A stretch of 64,000 bases of DNA from contig OZ260661.1 of the NCBI GenBank assembly GCA_965285935.1, positions 98,146,001 through 98,210,000 of the forward strand, read 5' to 3'. The stretch's first letter is position 1. Each line of letters starts with the position of its first letter. This stretch comes from Ophelia neglecta. Its lineage: Eukaryota. A model generated the notes under the pieces. That model searched no databases. It was not told the DNA's origin and was given only the letters and a program-made list of their open reading frames with translations. Shown here piece by piece: positions 17,922-31,438 of the stretch. The translations under genes were made by a program, and so were the position numbers.

Positions 17922-20174
17922 TCAGGCATTTGTGACAGACTGCACAGTGGCAGCACTACGTGTATAGACCGCCTGCAATCTAAAACTGCGGCTCGGTCGT
18001 TCCACAGCTTTCACCAATTTTCTTTGAAATAGTTCCTGTGCTTTTGAATCTTCATTCCACTCAATGTAAGTCTGTGTTTTCATCTGTAGGGCCAAACGGG
18101 GAGTCATGTTATAAGGGTGGATATCTTCTAGCAGGATTAAAATAAGATTGTTCTTGTCTTTCTCGAATAAGTGTTGTTGGGCCATGGTTAACTCAAGTTG
18201 GCACCATTGGCTGCGCGCGAATGCGTTTGTGACCAGCAAAATGACCTTCCTGCTTTCGCTTATGCTCGTTACGATGTTATCCACTATGTCCCTGCCAGCC
18301 AACCAATCGCGATCGTGGAGACAGACCTTTAACTTAAGTTTGTCCTCCAACAGGGGCAAGATCCTTGTCTTTACCCAGCGTAAACTTCTCGCTTGATATG
18401 ATACGAATACATCGTACGAGTAGTTTTCTAAATCTACCTGCTCCTCGCTGCTTGAGTATTTTGACCTCATTTGAAAATACGTATATTTGACATGCCAGCG
18501 AAATCTATAAATGAAGGATACAACCAGCACAATCAGCAGACATGCAAAGGTGGCACTCGCCAAGATGAAGAAAGCGACAGGGATGGGTAAGGCACAGTCA
18601 CTGGCGCTTATTTTGAAATCCACCAGAGAGGTGCCTTTCAAGTTTGAAGGGGCAGCACACTTACAGTCATTTATATCTGTGAACTTCTTAGGATGCCTTC
18701 TGATAAATTGTACAAACCACAGCAAATCACAAATGCAGCTAAAAGGATTTCCCTTAAGCTTCAAGGAAGAGAGCTGCAGCATATATTGTCCATTTTGAGG
18801 AAAGAATTCTCGTTCCAAAACTTGAATTGCATTGTCAGAAATGTCCAAAACTTGCAATGACACTAATCCAGTGAACACGCTGAACTGCCATTGTTTCAAG
18901 AGATTGTTTCTGATATTTAATATCTGCAGATTTGCTGTGCCGTTAAACATATCGCGGTGGAGGTTAGTCAATCGATTTCTGGACAAGTCTAGCGAAACTA
19001 AATGCAATAAGTTTTGAAAGGCCGTGGCAAAGAATGAATCCTTGTCGTGGGTTAAAAACCAAGAAAAATCCAAGTTGCTTGTTGTAATTTGTCTCAAATT
19101 TGGCATCGTTTTAAACATATCAAAGACGACTGTGTCGCCATCTGTTAGACCTAATTTCAGATTCGAAACATCGAGGGAAGTTAGAGTTGTTGACCTAAAC
19201 ATTGTGGCCTGCTGTGACGCAATGTCAAATGTGTTGCCACGATAATATAGCCATCTTAATGATGGTAATGATGCAATGGCGCCGGACTCAACAAAGAATT
19301 CCAGGCCAATAGATAGTATATTGTTCAAAGACAACAATTCCAAATCCTCAAGTCCTTGCATGTCTTGTACGGTCAGCTGGCTGAACGAGTTGTAATCTAA
19401 AGTAAGACTAGTGAGATTTGGCACCATGGTCTTCCCTTCTAGACGGAATTGAGGAAAATTGCGTAGATTATTTACACTCAGGTCTAGTTCTGTGATTCGG
19501 TGAATACCAAGAAATGCCTTGGTATTATAACGGGTTGTTGATGTACTGTTCTTTAAATTTAACGTTCCAATATTAAATCGGGTGAACAGTCCATCCGGAA
19601 AGTCTCCGAAGTTATTGTGTCTGAGTGACAGGCTGTATACTTCTTTATACTGCAAACACCTAAATTGTTCTTTTGATAATGCTTGCTCATCATTTTCAAA
19701 GATGGCGTCTAACATAATGTCCGAATAGGAAAGAGACTGCAGACTGCATAATATGTTTTCCATGCTCGAGACTAAAAGTGGGTTCTTTGACAAGTTGATT
19801 TCGATCAAATTCAGAAGTAAACTAAAAGTTCCATTCTCAACCACAGATATACGGTTGTACATCGCCGAGAAAGTTTCCAAAAGGAGGAGGTCACGGAACA
19901 TGTTACCATCGAGTGCTGTCAGACGGTTTCCGTTTAGAGACAGTGTGTCGGTGTCGTTTGGCAATCCTTCTGGCATGTGATGTAGATTCTTCATATTGCA
20001 TGAAACTTGAAAATGGGTACAATGACACACGCTGGGACAGGCGCTCTCACTGGCGCGCTGTACAGTGTCTATTCGACCCTTGGTTTGGCCAGTTCCATAG
20101 ACCTGTTTCCATCCGAGTACCTGAACAACACACAGCCGTACTAACAACATCACAAAATGTCGTCTACCGGCCAT
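17922..20174 (-). CDS. Toll-like receptor, single-cysteine-cluster type, intronless CDS (750 aa)
   Basis: Signal peptide, LRRNT (CPSVCHC), multiple LxxLxLxxN repeats, LRRCT (NPFSCICDL..C.C), transmembrane helix, TIR domain (YDVFVSY, CLHDRDWLAG, FARSQWCQLEL, TYIEW). Confidence 0.96.
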   Translation of the reverse strand: MAGRRHFVMLLVRLCVVQVLGWKQVYGTGQTKGRIDTVQRASESACPSVCHCTHFQVSCNMKNLHHMPEGLPNDTDTLSLNGNRLTALDGNMFRDLLLLETFSAMYNRISVVENGTFSLLLNLIEINLSKNPLLVSSMENILCSLQSLSYSDIMLDAIFENDEQALSKEQFRCLQYKEVYSLSLRHNNFGDFPDGLFTRFNIGTLNLKNSTSTTRYNTKAFLGIHRITELDLSVNNLRNFPQFRLEGKTMVPNLTSLTLDYNSFSQLTVQDMQGLEDLELLSLNNILSIGLEFFVESGAIASLPSLRWLYYRGNTFDIASQQATMFRSTTLTSLDVSNLKLGLTDGDTVVFDMFKTMPNLRQITTSNLDFSWFLTHDKDSFFATAFQNLLHLVSLDLSRNRLTNLHRDMFNGTANLQILNIRNNLLKQWQFSVFTGLVSLQVLDISDNAIQVLEREFFPQNGQYMLQLSSLKLKGNPFSCICDLLWFVQFIRRHPKKFTDINDCKCAAPSNLKGTSLVDFKISASDCALPIPVAFFILASATFACLLIVLVVSFIYRFRWHVKYTYFQMRSKYSSSEEQVDLENYSYDVFVSYQARSLRWVKTRILPLLEDKLKLKVCLHDRDWLAGRDIVDNIVTSISESRKVILLVTNAFARSQWCQLELTMAQQHLFEKDKNNLILILLEDIHPYNMTPRLALQMKTQTYIEWNEDSKAQELFQRKLVKAVERPSRSFRLQAVYTRSAATVQSVTNA

Positions 20175-22291
20175 ATTAATATAATTATGTTAGGCTTATA
20201 GAATAAAGAATACAGCCTGGAACCTTGTTAAAAGGTTTAATCCAGTCGGGTGGTAAGTTTTGATGATGTAAATATGTACTCAGGGGATACACTATTAAAT
20301 GTTTTCATTTTTTCGCCGCTTTCTCCGAGCTTTTAGATCCGGTTTTTAAAGTGATATCCTGTTTTAGGCCTATATAGTGACCTTAATAGGCCTGAATGTG
20401 TTTACTAATCATCGCCCCCTAATCACCCATTCGTTTGAGTCTGCGGTGTATCATTCTCCCGTCGAGGGTAACATTTTGTATGTAGTTTTTCTTCTATTAG
20501 TAGTATTGAACTATGTAAGTTTGGAACGAAGTCTGGAGCACTTGGAAGGCGAAGTGCCTGACTAGGGCAGAGTTTATGCTGTTTTAGATATATATATATG
20601 TATGACGGCAAGGACATAATATCTCAGGGACTTTTTCGACATATTTCGAGGTTGGCCATGAAGCGTACGGTATCTGGCTTTACCGTGCTCATTGGTGTAG
20701 TGGTGATCAAGGTTGAAACTGCTCATACCATAAAGCAGAGATGGTAGACAGTCCGTTGTCTGGTTTTCAGAGTCGTTGTTTGGTGCCGTATGTCCACCCT
20801 ATATACCCACGCCAGCAAATTAGCAGTTTCGGAGGCATAGAAGGTTCGCGAATATCAAGACTAGACTGTCAATACAGGATCCATTAACGAGACTTGAATA
20901 GAATGTATTTAGGCCACACACTCCAGAAACTTGGTGTTTTTAATATCAAACTTGCATCTCCACCTCCTGCACATGGGCAAGTAACACTAATTGGACATCC
21001 TGACGCCACTAGGCTCCTACACTACACGAGGCATCCCAATAACACAACAAAGACTTTTCAATGCAGAATAATACTATACATATCAATACAAGACAAAAGT
21101 GAACAAAAACCTATTGAGTCATGACCGCGTTAGGAAACAGCACGCACACTCTTTGATTATCAAGCTCTTTGTCCGGGGTATAAATAGTCTGGTGACATAG
21201 TTACTTAATTTGAATAGCCTGACCCAGTTAAGGCGCGGCACCTAAATTGCCTACAGTAATTCATGCATGCTAACTCTCGGTAGGATTAAGCCTATTAAGG
21301 TTTTTTCGCAAATGATGGAGCATTGTATTTTACTGCTGGTTGAGCATCACTATACCAACTGCTCAAGTAGTTCAAGCTGTGATAAACTATTAAATATTAG
21401 TAGTTGATACTATCTAGCAAGAGTTCGTCATTAGTACACCTTTACAAAGCATTAAGTCGTATTTTGCTTGGGCGTCAAACGCACGATTCCGTCACACCAT
21501 CAAACTCTTTGTTATATGAGATTTTTTCAATTCTCGACGATACGCGGTAACAAGAGAAATCCAATAGGCACTATATTTCCACTAAAGTAGAAAGTTGAAA
21601 CGTCAGGACAAACTCCAATACTTGCTCCAACATGTTGACACAATGCGCCCTATGTATGTATATAGAAGTGGCGGGTCCATCATAAAACCATATGGGGGAG
21701 GCGGGAGGGTTGGTGCGTCCATGGAACTTCATGGTTACTCAATTTTTTATTAAAGGTAGATTTCGTGACATAATATAATCCAGCCATTCACATTAATAGT
21801 CTAATTAACATTTTCGCTTACTGTGTCTATTAATTTCTTAATTGTATAGTATATGCTTTAGTTATTAAAAATGCATCAGTATATATAAAAGACCTCTATC
21901 AGCAAGAAGATATACTAGTATCATGCACCTGGTCTTATGACGCGGGCAAGCCCGTACATCACCAAATCATTAGCCTGGTTTACCTGAAAAGGCTAGGATC
22001 ACACTAGGATGAATTTAATGAACATCTCACTGCGACTTACGTATAAGAACGCAGCAAAAACACCATGAAGCTCACAACTTTTCAATTTTTCCCCTCTTGC
22101 TACATATTTGTCACGTTTGTGCCAAGTTCACACTGGGTATAACACGATCCCACTGCGTCCATAATCACGTCCACCCTGAAACCAAGGAAATCGCAACGTC
22201 TAAACCACGTTCTTACTACGTTCGCGTCGCTACATCGTGGTTGTAGAATCGCGAATGAGAAAGACGGCCATAGCCGCCGTTCATTGCCAGC

Positions 22292-22520
22292 ATATTGGTC
22301 CAAATACCAGTATTTAGGTAGAATTATTGCCAAAAGTGTTTTAGATTTTGATAGAAAACATGTTAAAAGCGACAAAAAGATATGAAGAAAATCGAAATTG
22401 TGCTGGTTGTGAATTGCTGTGGGCCTATCGATTTGCGGAATATCATGAAAAATGCAATGGCAATGTCGAAAATAACCTACATTTAACTGTCTGAATTTGG
22501 ATCAGCTTGATCATAGTAAG
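22292..22520 (+). repeat. Diverged direct repeat, right of the TLR
   Basis: tattggtccaaataccagtatttaggtagaattattgccaaa...ttgcggaatatca...tgtctgaatttgg. Confidence 0.8.
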
Positions 22521-23184
22521 ATATAGGCTAACGTTACAGACGATACTCTCAGTCCTGTCAGCGACAAGGAAGTATTTAATAAAATTATCTTGGTTGTGCA
22601 AATATTTACGTTGAAAAGAATGACTTGAGGTATTACAAGCTGACTTTTACACCCAGAACATGAATGAATGTGCTGCTTGAACCGCTTTTTTTTTATTTCA
22701 GGCATTAAAGCATTTTACTGAAATAACTGGAGTTTTATTATTGAAAGAAACCTGGCAATAAAATTTGTTTGGTTATTTACCTGTTCAATTTCTAGTACAG
22801 TCAATAAATGGATCAGTCCGAAGTTTATGTTGTGAATCTGCCTATGGGCTACGTATATTGTTGCATGCATTCTTAACATTTAGTTGTCTTTTTGATAATC
22901 ATGGTTATTGAATCATACGTTTCATTTAAAATGCTATTAAATTGATATGAAGTTCTGATTTATTCTTTAATTTATTACACAGGCTAATTTGTGACTGCGT
23001 GCCTGTTTCTGTCATGCATTTCGAAAGTAACGTTAATCCGGTCTGTCCACAATCCGTAGACGTCTTAAACTGCACCAAGGACCATTGGACAAAGTAAAAC
23101 TGGCCTTACTGAAATTCTATTGAGGTTAATAGCCGATAAATTACAAAAAACATGGTCAAAGTAAGGGAGAAAGGACGGGAAGGA

Positions 23185-23242
23185 GTGCGCTCGGGGAGGC
23201 AAAAAACCGAGCCGCAGGCGAAGTTTTTGTCGTCCGAGCGAC
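23185..23242. repeat. Imperfect inverted repeat/hairpin, probably from a small non-autonomous DNA transposon
   Basis: gctcggggaggcaaaaa...gccgcaggc...tttttgtcgtccgagc, followed by a G22 run at 23341-23362. Confidence 0.45.
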
Positions 23243-24470
23243 CTACGATGGGCAGTGCTTTCACTCTTTTAAATCCTCCCCATGCTCCGCCGGCGCCATC
23301 AGGCGCCTATAACCCCACGAACTCGGAGGTGAATAATAACGGGGGGGGGGGGGGGGGGGGGGCTTAACCGAACGGACCATAGTGTTCATAGTGTTCATGA
23401 CTCCGCACCATAGTGTCTGAAGCTCGAGGACACAGCACCATGATAATACATGTTGATTATACAACGATTTACAGAATAACTACCCTGCCACATCCGGATA
23501 TGTTTTTGAAATATTTATGGTTGTCTGACTCCTTTAATTCATAACATTAATCATTCAGCAATATGTCTCTCCGATAAGCCAATGAGACCCTTCCAAATCC
23601 GACGTACGTAGCTTTATGTATAAGGACAATAATATCTTGCCAATATTAAACTGGGTCTTTCAAAATTGCCCAGAAACATTTTGTTGTATCCATCCTGCAA
23701 CATGAATTCGTATTATCTGATTATGTGTTTTGAGTATATCCATATTCAACTTGACCGCCATATTATGCATTATGAAAATGGCAACGAACATTATTGACAT
23801 TCCACTTCGTATTATAGCCAGTGTATATCCTATCTTGTTATGCTCGTGTGTATTTCCCCTATTGAGTTTACTTTTTTTTTGATTGAACCTTAATATTTAT
23901 CTCTTGTTCGATTTGGTCATCGCGACTGCCAGTGGTAAAAGTTTAATGTATCTGATCATTTTGAATGCAAGGTGCCAATATGGAGTCTGAAATTCCCGGT
24001 GTCATTGTGAAGTTCTGGGAACTGGAACTAGGTCAAACCTCAGGTTTAGGAGTCTCATGGGATATTCGTGAATAATGTGTCGTTGAAATCGTACTTTTTA
24101 AGGCGGGATTGGATTAAGTACCTGGACCTGATCTAAAGGTAAACGCAATATTTCAATTCACACCCCCTCCATTCTCTTCTCTAAAATAAGTAGTTACAAC
24201 ACCAGCCATGTGCAGAAAGTTGACAAAATATATTTGCCCAATCAGCTGTAGTGATTATTCATATTTCCGGCTCTGGTGGACTAAATAAACTAAAATGGCC
24301 AAACTTAACTGCGATTGCTGAAAAGTTTTGGTCTTTGATTTAATAACATTCAAGATCTATTTTATAAATGAAACAGTTTTTCCTCATTATCTCAAAAGGA
24401 CAAAATTATTCATAGCTGGATTTTGCATGACAGCGACGACATCAGATAATAGGATAACGGACTATTACCC

Positions 24471-24486
24471 TGGCGCCCTCTAGTGC
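24471..24486 (-). promoter_or_regulatory. CTCF-like motif
   Basis: Minus strand GCACTAGAGGGCGCCA versus core consensus CCASYAGRKGGCRSYA. Confidence 0.45.
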
Positions 24487-26468
24487 AATCCGTTAGACTT
24501 ACTCCAACTGTAGTCACCAAATACGGATCTAAAGACATGTGATACGCTTCAATTCAATTCTAGTTAATATGCTGTTATATTGTCTCTGAAAACAATTTCC
24601 TCCCTGCACACAATCAAATGACTCGAACTGTCTACATTATACATTATAATTCCTTTTTACTACGGGACTGTAAGCCTTATTATAATATACTTTTGAACGC
24701 TATCTTTCATCCTACCATAGTAAATGTGAAACGATATAACTTACAATATTATAATTACACATGTCTCATCTATCACATTATTATACCACTATATCGATTT
24801 AAAATCGATTTGCCGGTTACAGGCCAAATTTTGCTGCTGCAAACAGGGAATTATTCTACGAAGGTGTCTGATATTATGTATTGAATGCTGTCCGAATGCC
24901 GAAAACAGTGACGGATGACGGGGAATGTTGCTTTTGCCGTCTGCTTATATTTATTATACTAAGTATTATTGCTCAGCGATCGTTTATAGATGAAGCTAGT
25001 ATTATTTATGTAGTTTGTCGGAAAAATCCACTTGTTGCCAAATGTACTGATGCATTGGTTGTAGATTAAATTGAATAATATGCGAGTCTTCTTGGGCCCA
25101 CGAAAATGAGCCATATATGGATATTTCCGCAGTGTTCGGAAATTGTGTCCAGTCTGGGAGTAGTACCTGTAGTCAGTTATACGCATGTGGAAATATGGCG
25201 GTTAGGTGTATAGCAAAAAGCTAACTCTGCCGAAGAAAGATACTACATAACCTGCCCTGAATATTTTATATTATGTGGACATTGGATGAAACATTTTAAA
25301 CAACTAGCAGTAAATGGTTCGATATTTACATGATGTGTACACATGTCATAATGACCACCAATAGGAAATGAATTAGTGTCATAACCTTCCGTACCTAGTA
25401 GTTAACGTTCAGATCACAGAAGGCCGATAGCGCATGAGTATGCACTACTTTCTGATGGCTGAGACACCACTATATTTAGTAGTATCGTATCATAGGTTCT
25501 GTTTCAGTTCGAGAACTACTTTATTTGATTAGTTACACTTATTCGTACACAAAAAAAGGGCAATAATATAATTTCGGTGCTATGGCAGAACCATAACCTT
25601 CCTCGGGGTTCTATTGCCAGCGGTCATAAGAGGTCACATCAAATAACGGAATAGGAATCTAGTAGTATGAGACTGGATTCCTTTTTATTCACACCTGACT
25701 CTAGACATTACAATTTTCAATTTTATTTGCAGTTCATAACAAAAGGAAAAGTTAATATACCTGGAAGCAATGGCTATGGGAAAATCAAGAATGTTCAGGA
25801 AGGATTTAGCTTTCACCTGGCCGGTATGGGTGGGTTTCCTCTCACTGAGGGGCTCTGGGGACCCCTTAAGCGAGGACACCTACACCACATCCTCGAAAAC
25901 GCTCCCTAGTAACTCCATCTAGACAGATAAATGGTTGTCAGGATCTTTATGCTGCCCCCCCCCCCCCCGCCACTCCCACACCCACAGCATCACCCATGCA
26001 CCCTCCACCTGCACAAATAAGGCAATGGCGTAAAGATGTTTTCATAGTCTAATAGTGGTCGACCTATCTTTTATTCACTACTTGTATCTAGATTCTTTTA
26101 GACGCAGAATCAAAACTAGTTCAGTGTCATTTCATGATCGTCTGCTCGCAAAAAATCTTAATGAGACATCTATAGAGCATGTCTTCTCTATGTCGCTTGC
26201 CGTATATATGCGTTTTTTCCCTTTTAGTACACACACTAAACACTGATGTAATTGCACGAGTAGGCTGTTAATCGAATGATTGTGATGTTTTAGCTGTCCT
26301 TCAGACCACTTTATACACCACTAGACATGCGCGTCAATGTAGTGTGTTCCTAATGAGTTCAGTAGTGTATAGCGGAACTGGTACTGCGTAGTAAACATAT
26401 ACTATAATCATACTATATAGAATATAAATATACACTGTATGTCTACAAACAATAATTTGGTCGTATAG

Positions 26469-26484
26469 TGGCGCCATCTACTGT
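26469..26484 (-). promoter_or_regulatory. CTCF-like motif
   Basis: Minus strand ACAGTAGATGGCGCCA. Confidence 0.4.
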
Positions 26485-29400
26485 ATACACATTCGATCTT
26501 ACGAAAGTAATTCCTTTCCGATGTGCGTTTTTATTTTGAAGCAAACTGAATCACAAAACACCAAGAATTCAAATCACATGTGTTTACTTTCGCAGCTTTC
26601 TCCTGCTATGATTGTGTTTTTGTCAGGATTGTCTGGTCAAATGTATACCGACATTAGATAATTCGAGCTGATAGAGATAGACATCTCTGTCCACTAATAG
26701 AAGTTCATTACTAAAGATTCCAATAGGAGCTGACAGGGTGGATATGTCAATGTTTCTTTGGCTATTTTAATTCTATTCAGTGCTCCAATCTGATGGAGTA
26801 ATATCATCTCCTCAAACATAATAGCCACTTGGGGATTTAATCAAATTTACCACTCAATCGCTGCCCTTTTTCGCGGCTTTCATTAGCGTATTTGTACGGG
26901 TGATGAACACGAAAATTAGTTTTAGCTTTTATCAGTGTGGCTGGTCTGTTGTACAGGTGGCGGAGCCGAGATAGGATAACACAGGCAATAGGCCAGTGAT
27001 TACGCTAGGCTATTGATACACGTTTCAATGACCCTCAATCGCTCTCCAATCTGCCCGCGCTTCACGCTTCAACGCCCTATAAAAACTCGGCGTTCATCTT
27101 AATTTAGGAATATGAGGGGATCAGTTTGTAAATAGCCTGATAATGATATGGATTGACATCCAACCAGTATAGCGGCTTTACCTCTAAGCCTTCTGTCAAT
27201 TATTGTGAATTTATTAAGTCATTTTAGTGACAGCCCGCGCGGAGAGTTCATTGAGATAGTTGTATTAAACCAGCTGGGGCCTTTTGATACAGGTCTATTG
27301 CGATCAGTACTTAGACCTGGCCGTGTAGGTGTCATCTCTCTAGTCAACACCAGGCAACTGAATAGATACTTAGATTTGTATTAAGTAAGATGTTAACATG
27401 ATTATTTTCTATACTAGCTGACATACAGTCAGTGTATGTATATCCTCCATAATGGATCCGGAATACAAGGATAATTATTTAATTCTAGATAAATACCAAT
27501 ATAGTTAGCTTCATAGGGCAGGTGTGCAACCGGTAGAGAGTATAACAGAGCATGGCAAGACTGTTTAAACACATGAGGTGCATATATACAGAACCTTTCT
27601 GCTTTACTATACTCTGAGAATCATTCCCGGGTCACTTCAAAGCCAATTTCGTTCGTTCATATATACTATACCACACATTTCAAAGCTCGGTTTTTCCCAA
27701 ACCAGTTGGGTCGGAGCCTCGCAGGGTTACCGGTATAAAGGACTACATAATTTATATCAATATTTTCAGCATGATCAAATTGAGTCATAAGTAATCAGCT
27801 CAGACATTAATGACACGAATAATCCTTTAATAATCAATTAGGCCTACGGGTCCCTAAGTATTATATAGCACGTTTTATCTTTTGAAAAATACATCACAGT
27901 TTGCTCTTTTCAGCTTTATACCAATCTGATATTCAAATATATCGACATAATCATGAAAATGTCAAATACCTGGTCCCCGTACATTTCAAATTATATCATT
28001 GCATGTTATTTTCCGAGTCAATTGCTGCAATATACCAGTACACAATAATTAAGTAATTTCAAATATTGACTTCTATAACATTTTTCTACAGTTTATAAGA
28101 TCACTATTACTGTAATGTAACTGATATAAATGTTGACATTTGATTTCAGTGGAGTCCTCGGTGGTTCCACCATCTTTAATCTTGATTTCATCTGTTCGAA
28201 TATTATTAAAGAAGTTTTTTTTTCCTACTGAGGCTGTAATAGAAGAACCACCCTGAGAGCACTGGCGGATATAAAGGGGTGGCAAAGGGGGCCAGGGACC
28301 TTCATTTTCTTTCCAGCAGTTGCAGAGAGCCCCTTTTTAGCCCTTGGAATGTAGGTGCCTCCTCCCAGAAGGAGCTCCCGGAGGGGGGGGGGGGGGCTTT
28401 AAACCCCAACACCTCTTAGCTCGAGTTAAAATGGTAGGTCCGCGTCACCAGTGGAGTGGATTTTGAGTTGACACCTGTTAACCATCTATCACACGTCGGA
28501 CACAGACTTGTTGGTCTGTCTTGGTTCTCGAGACATTTATGTCTGATTATAGTATGTGGTGGCGAGCCTTGGACCAATTATGGAACTCTTTCTGGCGGGT
28601 CTGGTGTTGGCCAAAGGAGGAGTGATTTCAGGGGTGACCTGAACAGCCATCATTTGGTTACTATCACTTTCTTCGAGCTCGTCGAACCCTAACGGACTGG
28701 GTGTCACAGACAATTGTTTTTATGCCGAAATCCGAGAGTGAGTGTATATACTCGGGGGTATAATGACACCGCCCGAGGCCTCCGGGCAAATTCAAACCGC
28801 TTCTTGTTTCACTTGCTGCCACTGTAGTCCATATCTGTTGTTCTGGAATAAACTTTACACGCCCATTAACTAAATAGTTAAGAATTGCCCTATTAACTGG
28901 TAATGGATAGTGGCAGCGACATTAACCTCTGTTGACGGCAGAGAACAAGCTAGTCCCCCGGGGTCACTTCTATCGCGGGTAACACACCCAGAAAAAGGAA
29001 ATTTTGGGGTCGGAATCACAATCTTTGACCGGGTTTCTCACTTCGGGTCGATAGTTGGTTATTTGAGGGTATTGTCTTATTTACTAGCGTTTTTTAGGCC
29101 TACTTACCCCACCCCCACAACCCACCCACTAAAAAAACAACAACCACCACAACAGCAAGCAGATTGATTGCCTGCATCAAAGCATAATTATTGCATTGGT
29201 CAATACAAATTCAAAAAGTATATATACCATTGTATATAGGTGGCAACACCTATTAGCTGTTACAGTGCTTCTGGGTCGAGATGCAATTTATTTCTTTAGG
29301 ACTCGTCAAAATAGAGTAACCTATAGGTATAATAGATATTGATCAAGTAGTGAAGTAGCCATGATTTGAATACGAGTGGAAACGAACGCTGTTAGCACGT

Positions 29401-31189
29401 GTAGGAATCTCCGGAGGTCACCTGGAGGCCTTGAGGTGGGTCTTGTCTGAAAGCTACATCAGTCCTGACGGGTAATACATTGTTTTTACTTGACAAATTG
29501 ACCTTCATGTAGAAGTTCATTTAATTAAACCATAGATTCAAAGTCAAGGTGTTCGAGTACGTGCATGGGCGATAATTGAGGACCTATAGGCGTTGTCCAT
29601 GTATTTGTCCGCCTATAATCAATATTTTATTTGCAAAGAAGCAAAAAGGAAGAAATCCGTCGTTCAAACTCAACAATGATATGACAAACGATATCATTTC
29701 TCGTCCTCAAAATTAATCAGGGATGTCGGCGCCATTAAAAGAACTTTGTGCATATTCATCAAAAGCACACTAAACAAAATTTTGAATGAAAGTTGGTTTA
29801 CCTTCAAAATAACCCCTAGGCCTATAGGCCTATGCCTAGTATATAATATAGGCCTATATATAGCTTAACATAAGATTCGTGCCTGCTCCCATAAACAAAA
29901 ACGCATTATAATTATTACCTCCACCTTAATTTTCACAGTTTTTTCGACCGGGCTTTCTGGTTGGAAATGAACTGTTCAGTTTCTCCAACACTTAGCTTAA
30001 ATGATGGTGATCGTTGTGAAAATTGCAAAGATGCTATCGCATGAACCTATTGATTTATTTCACAATTACGGCTTATAATGAAAATCAAGTGAACAGTTAG
30101 CCCTAATCGGCAATCAGAGATTAAACAGTCGGCCAAACGCCAGGAATGAGCTGCCAAGCCTGTCCCGTCGGCCTCGACCAAAACTGATAATACGTGCAAA
30201 TTAAACATAAAGAAGATCGAATGGCAAATATAACATTACTTTGCTTTTATCCGTATGAATGAATCTGTCAGGAGTAGGTTCTGAGAACACAAATCAATGG
30301 GACTTGTTAAGTTAATTTTCCCTGGATGTCTGTAGCGATCCTGATTACATACATCATAAGAAGGGAGTCAACAGACACTTTAGGAGCAGCCCGCCCGTCT
30401 ATAACCTGCTACTTATAGCTTTGTGTCTCACGTTCTCTTCCGATCAATTTTGACGCAATTTCATAAATGTATCAATTGAATTAATTCAGATTTAATGTAA
30501 TAATGACACCGGATTTGTCAAAGCAAACAGAGCGGCAGAAAACACAGAGAGACCAGCGGCAAAAGTACCGAGCGCGTTTCGATTTAGCAAACAATTTCGT
30601 TGAGTGCCCACTATCAAATACCAGACTGATACTGAACAAATGAATTAGACCATCTTCGTCAATATTTATTAAACTATCTAGAAATGAGATTATGCATTTT
30701 ACATGGCACTAAACCAATTTGCCTGTTTAGTGTGACTATTATAGTCACTGACGAGACACTCCAAGCTCACTTTGACATGAAACGTATTTTTTGCCTTCTA
30801 TTCTGAGCAGTAATAAATTATGTTTCGTACACCTCAGGTGACTTGCCTATGAGCCATCAGAATTAGAGCAGCACATTTCTACTTTGAATTCAGATGTAAA
30901 CAGGCAGTAGCTAATGTGTCGTTGGTGCACTGAAAGAAAGCCAATTAAGTAGAATAGAATTGAATAAAAAAAATTATCGAAGGATGAAAGTGCATGCATG
31001 CTCCATCATGTGTCTGCACATTATGTCACCATTCAGAAAGTTTTGTCAGTGAGACCATTTTATATTCTACATTAGTGAATTAATGTGGAGCAAATAGATA
31101 CCGATAAATGAATAAATATCCCTCTAACTCATATTCATTACCAGGCATCAAGGTGTGCTAGCAGTCAGAGTAAGTTTTCGGATTGAGTC

Positions 31190-31438
31190 GGAGGTCAGAC
31201 GGAGAGTCTGACGGCAGTCGGGGAGCAGTCAGAGGGCAGTCGGGGAGCAGTCAGAGGGCAGTCGGACGGCAGTCGGGGCGCAGCCAGAGGGCAGTCGGGG
31301 AGCAGTCAGAGGGCAGTCGGGGAGCAGTCAGAGGGCAGTCGGACGGCAGTCGGGGAGCAGTCAGAGGGCAGTCGGACGGCAGTCGGGTCGCAGTCAGAGG
31401 GCAGTCGGGGAGCAGTCAGAGGGCAGTCGGAGGGAGCA
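31190..31438. repeat. Minisatellite of 11-bp subunits (22/33-bp higher-order units)
   Basis: Alternating gggcagtcgg(a/g), gagcagtcaga and cggcagtcggg blocks. Confidence 0.95.

Noticed and set aside
20627-20637. NF-kB-like GGGACTTTTT upstream of the TLR
   Set aside because: Lacks the terminal CC, and the transcription start is unknown.
20688-20730. tRNA A-box-like TGGTGTAGTGG (also TGGCTCAGTTG near 48711)
   Set aside because: No B box or cloverleaf follows; at most a decayed SINE head.
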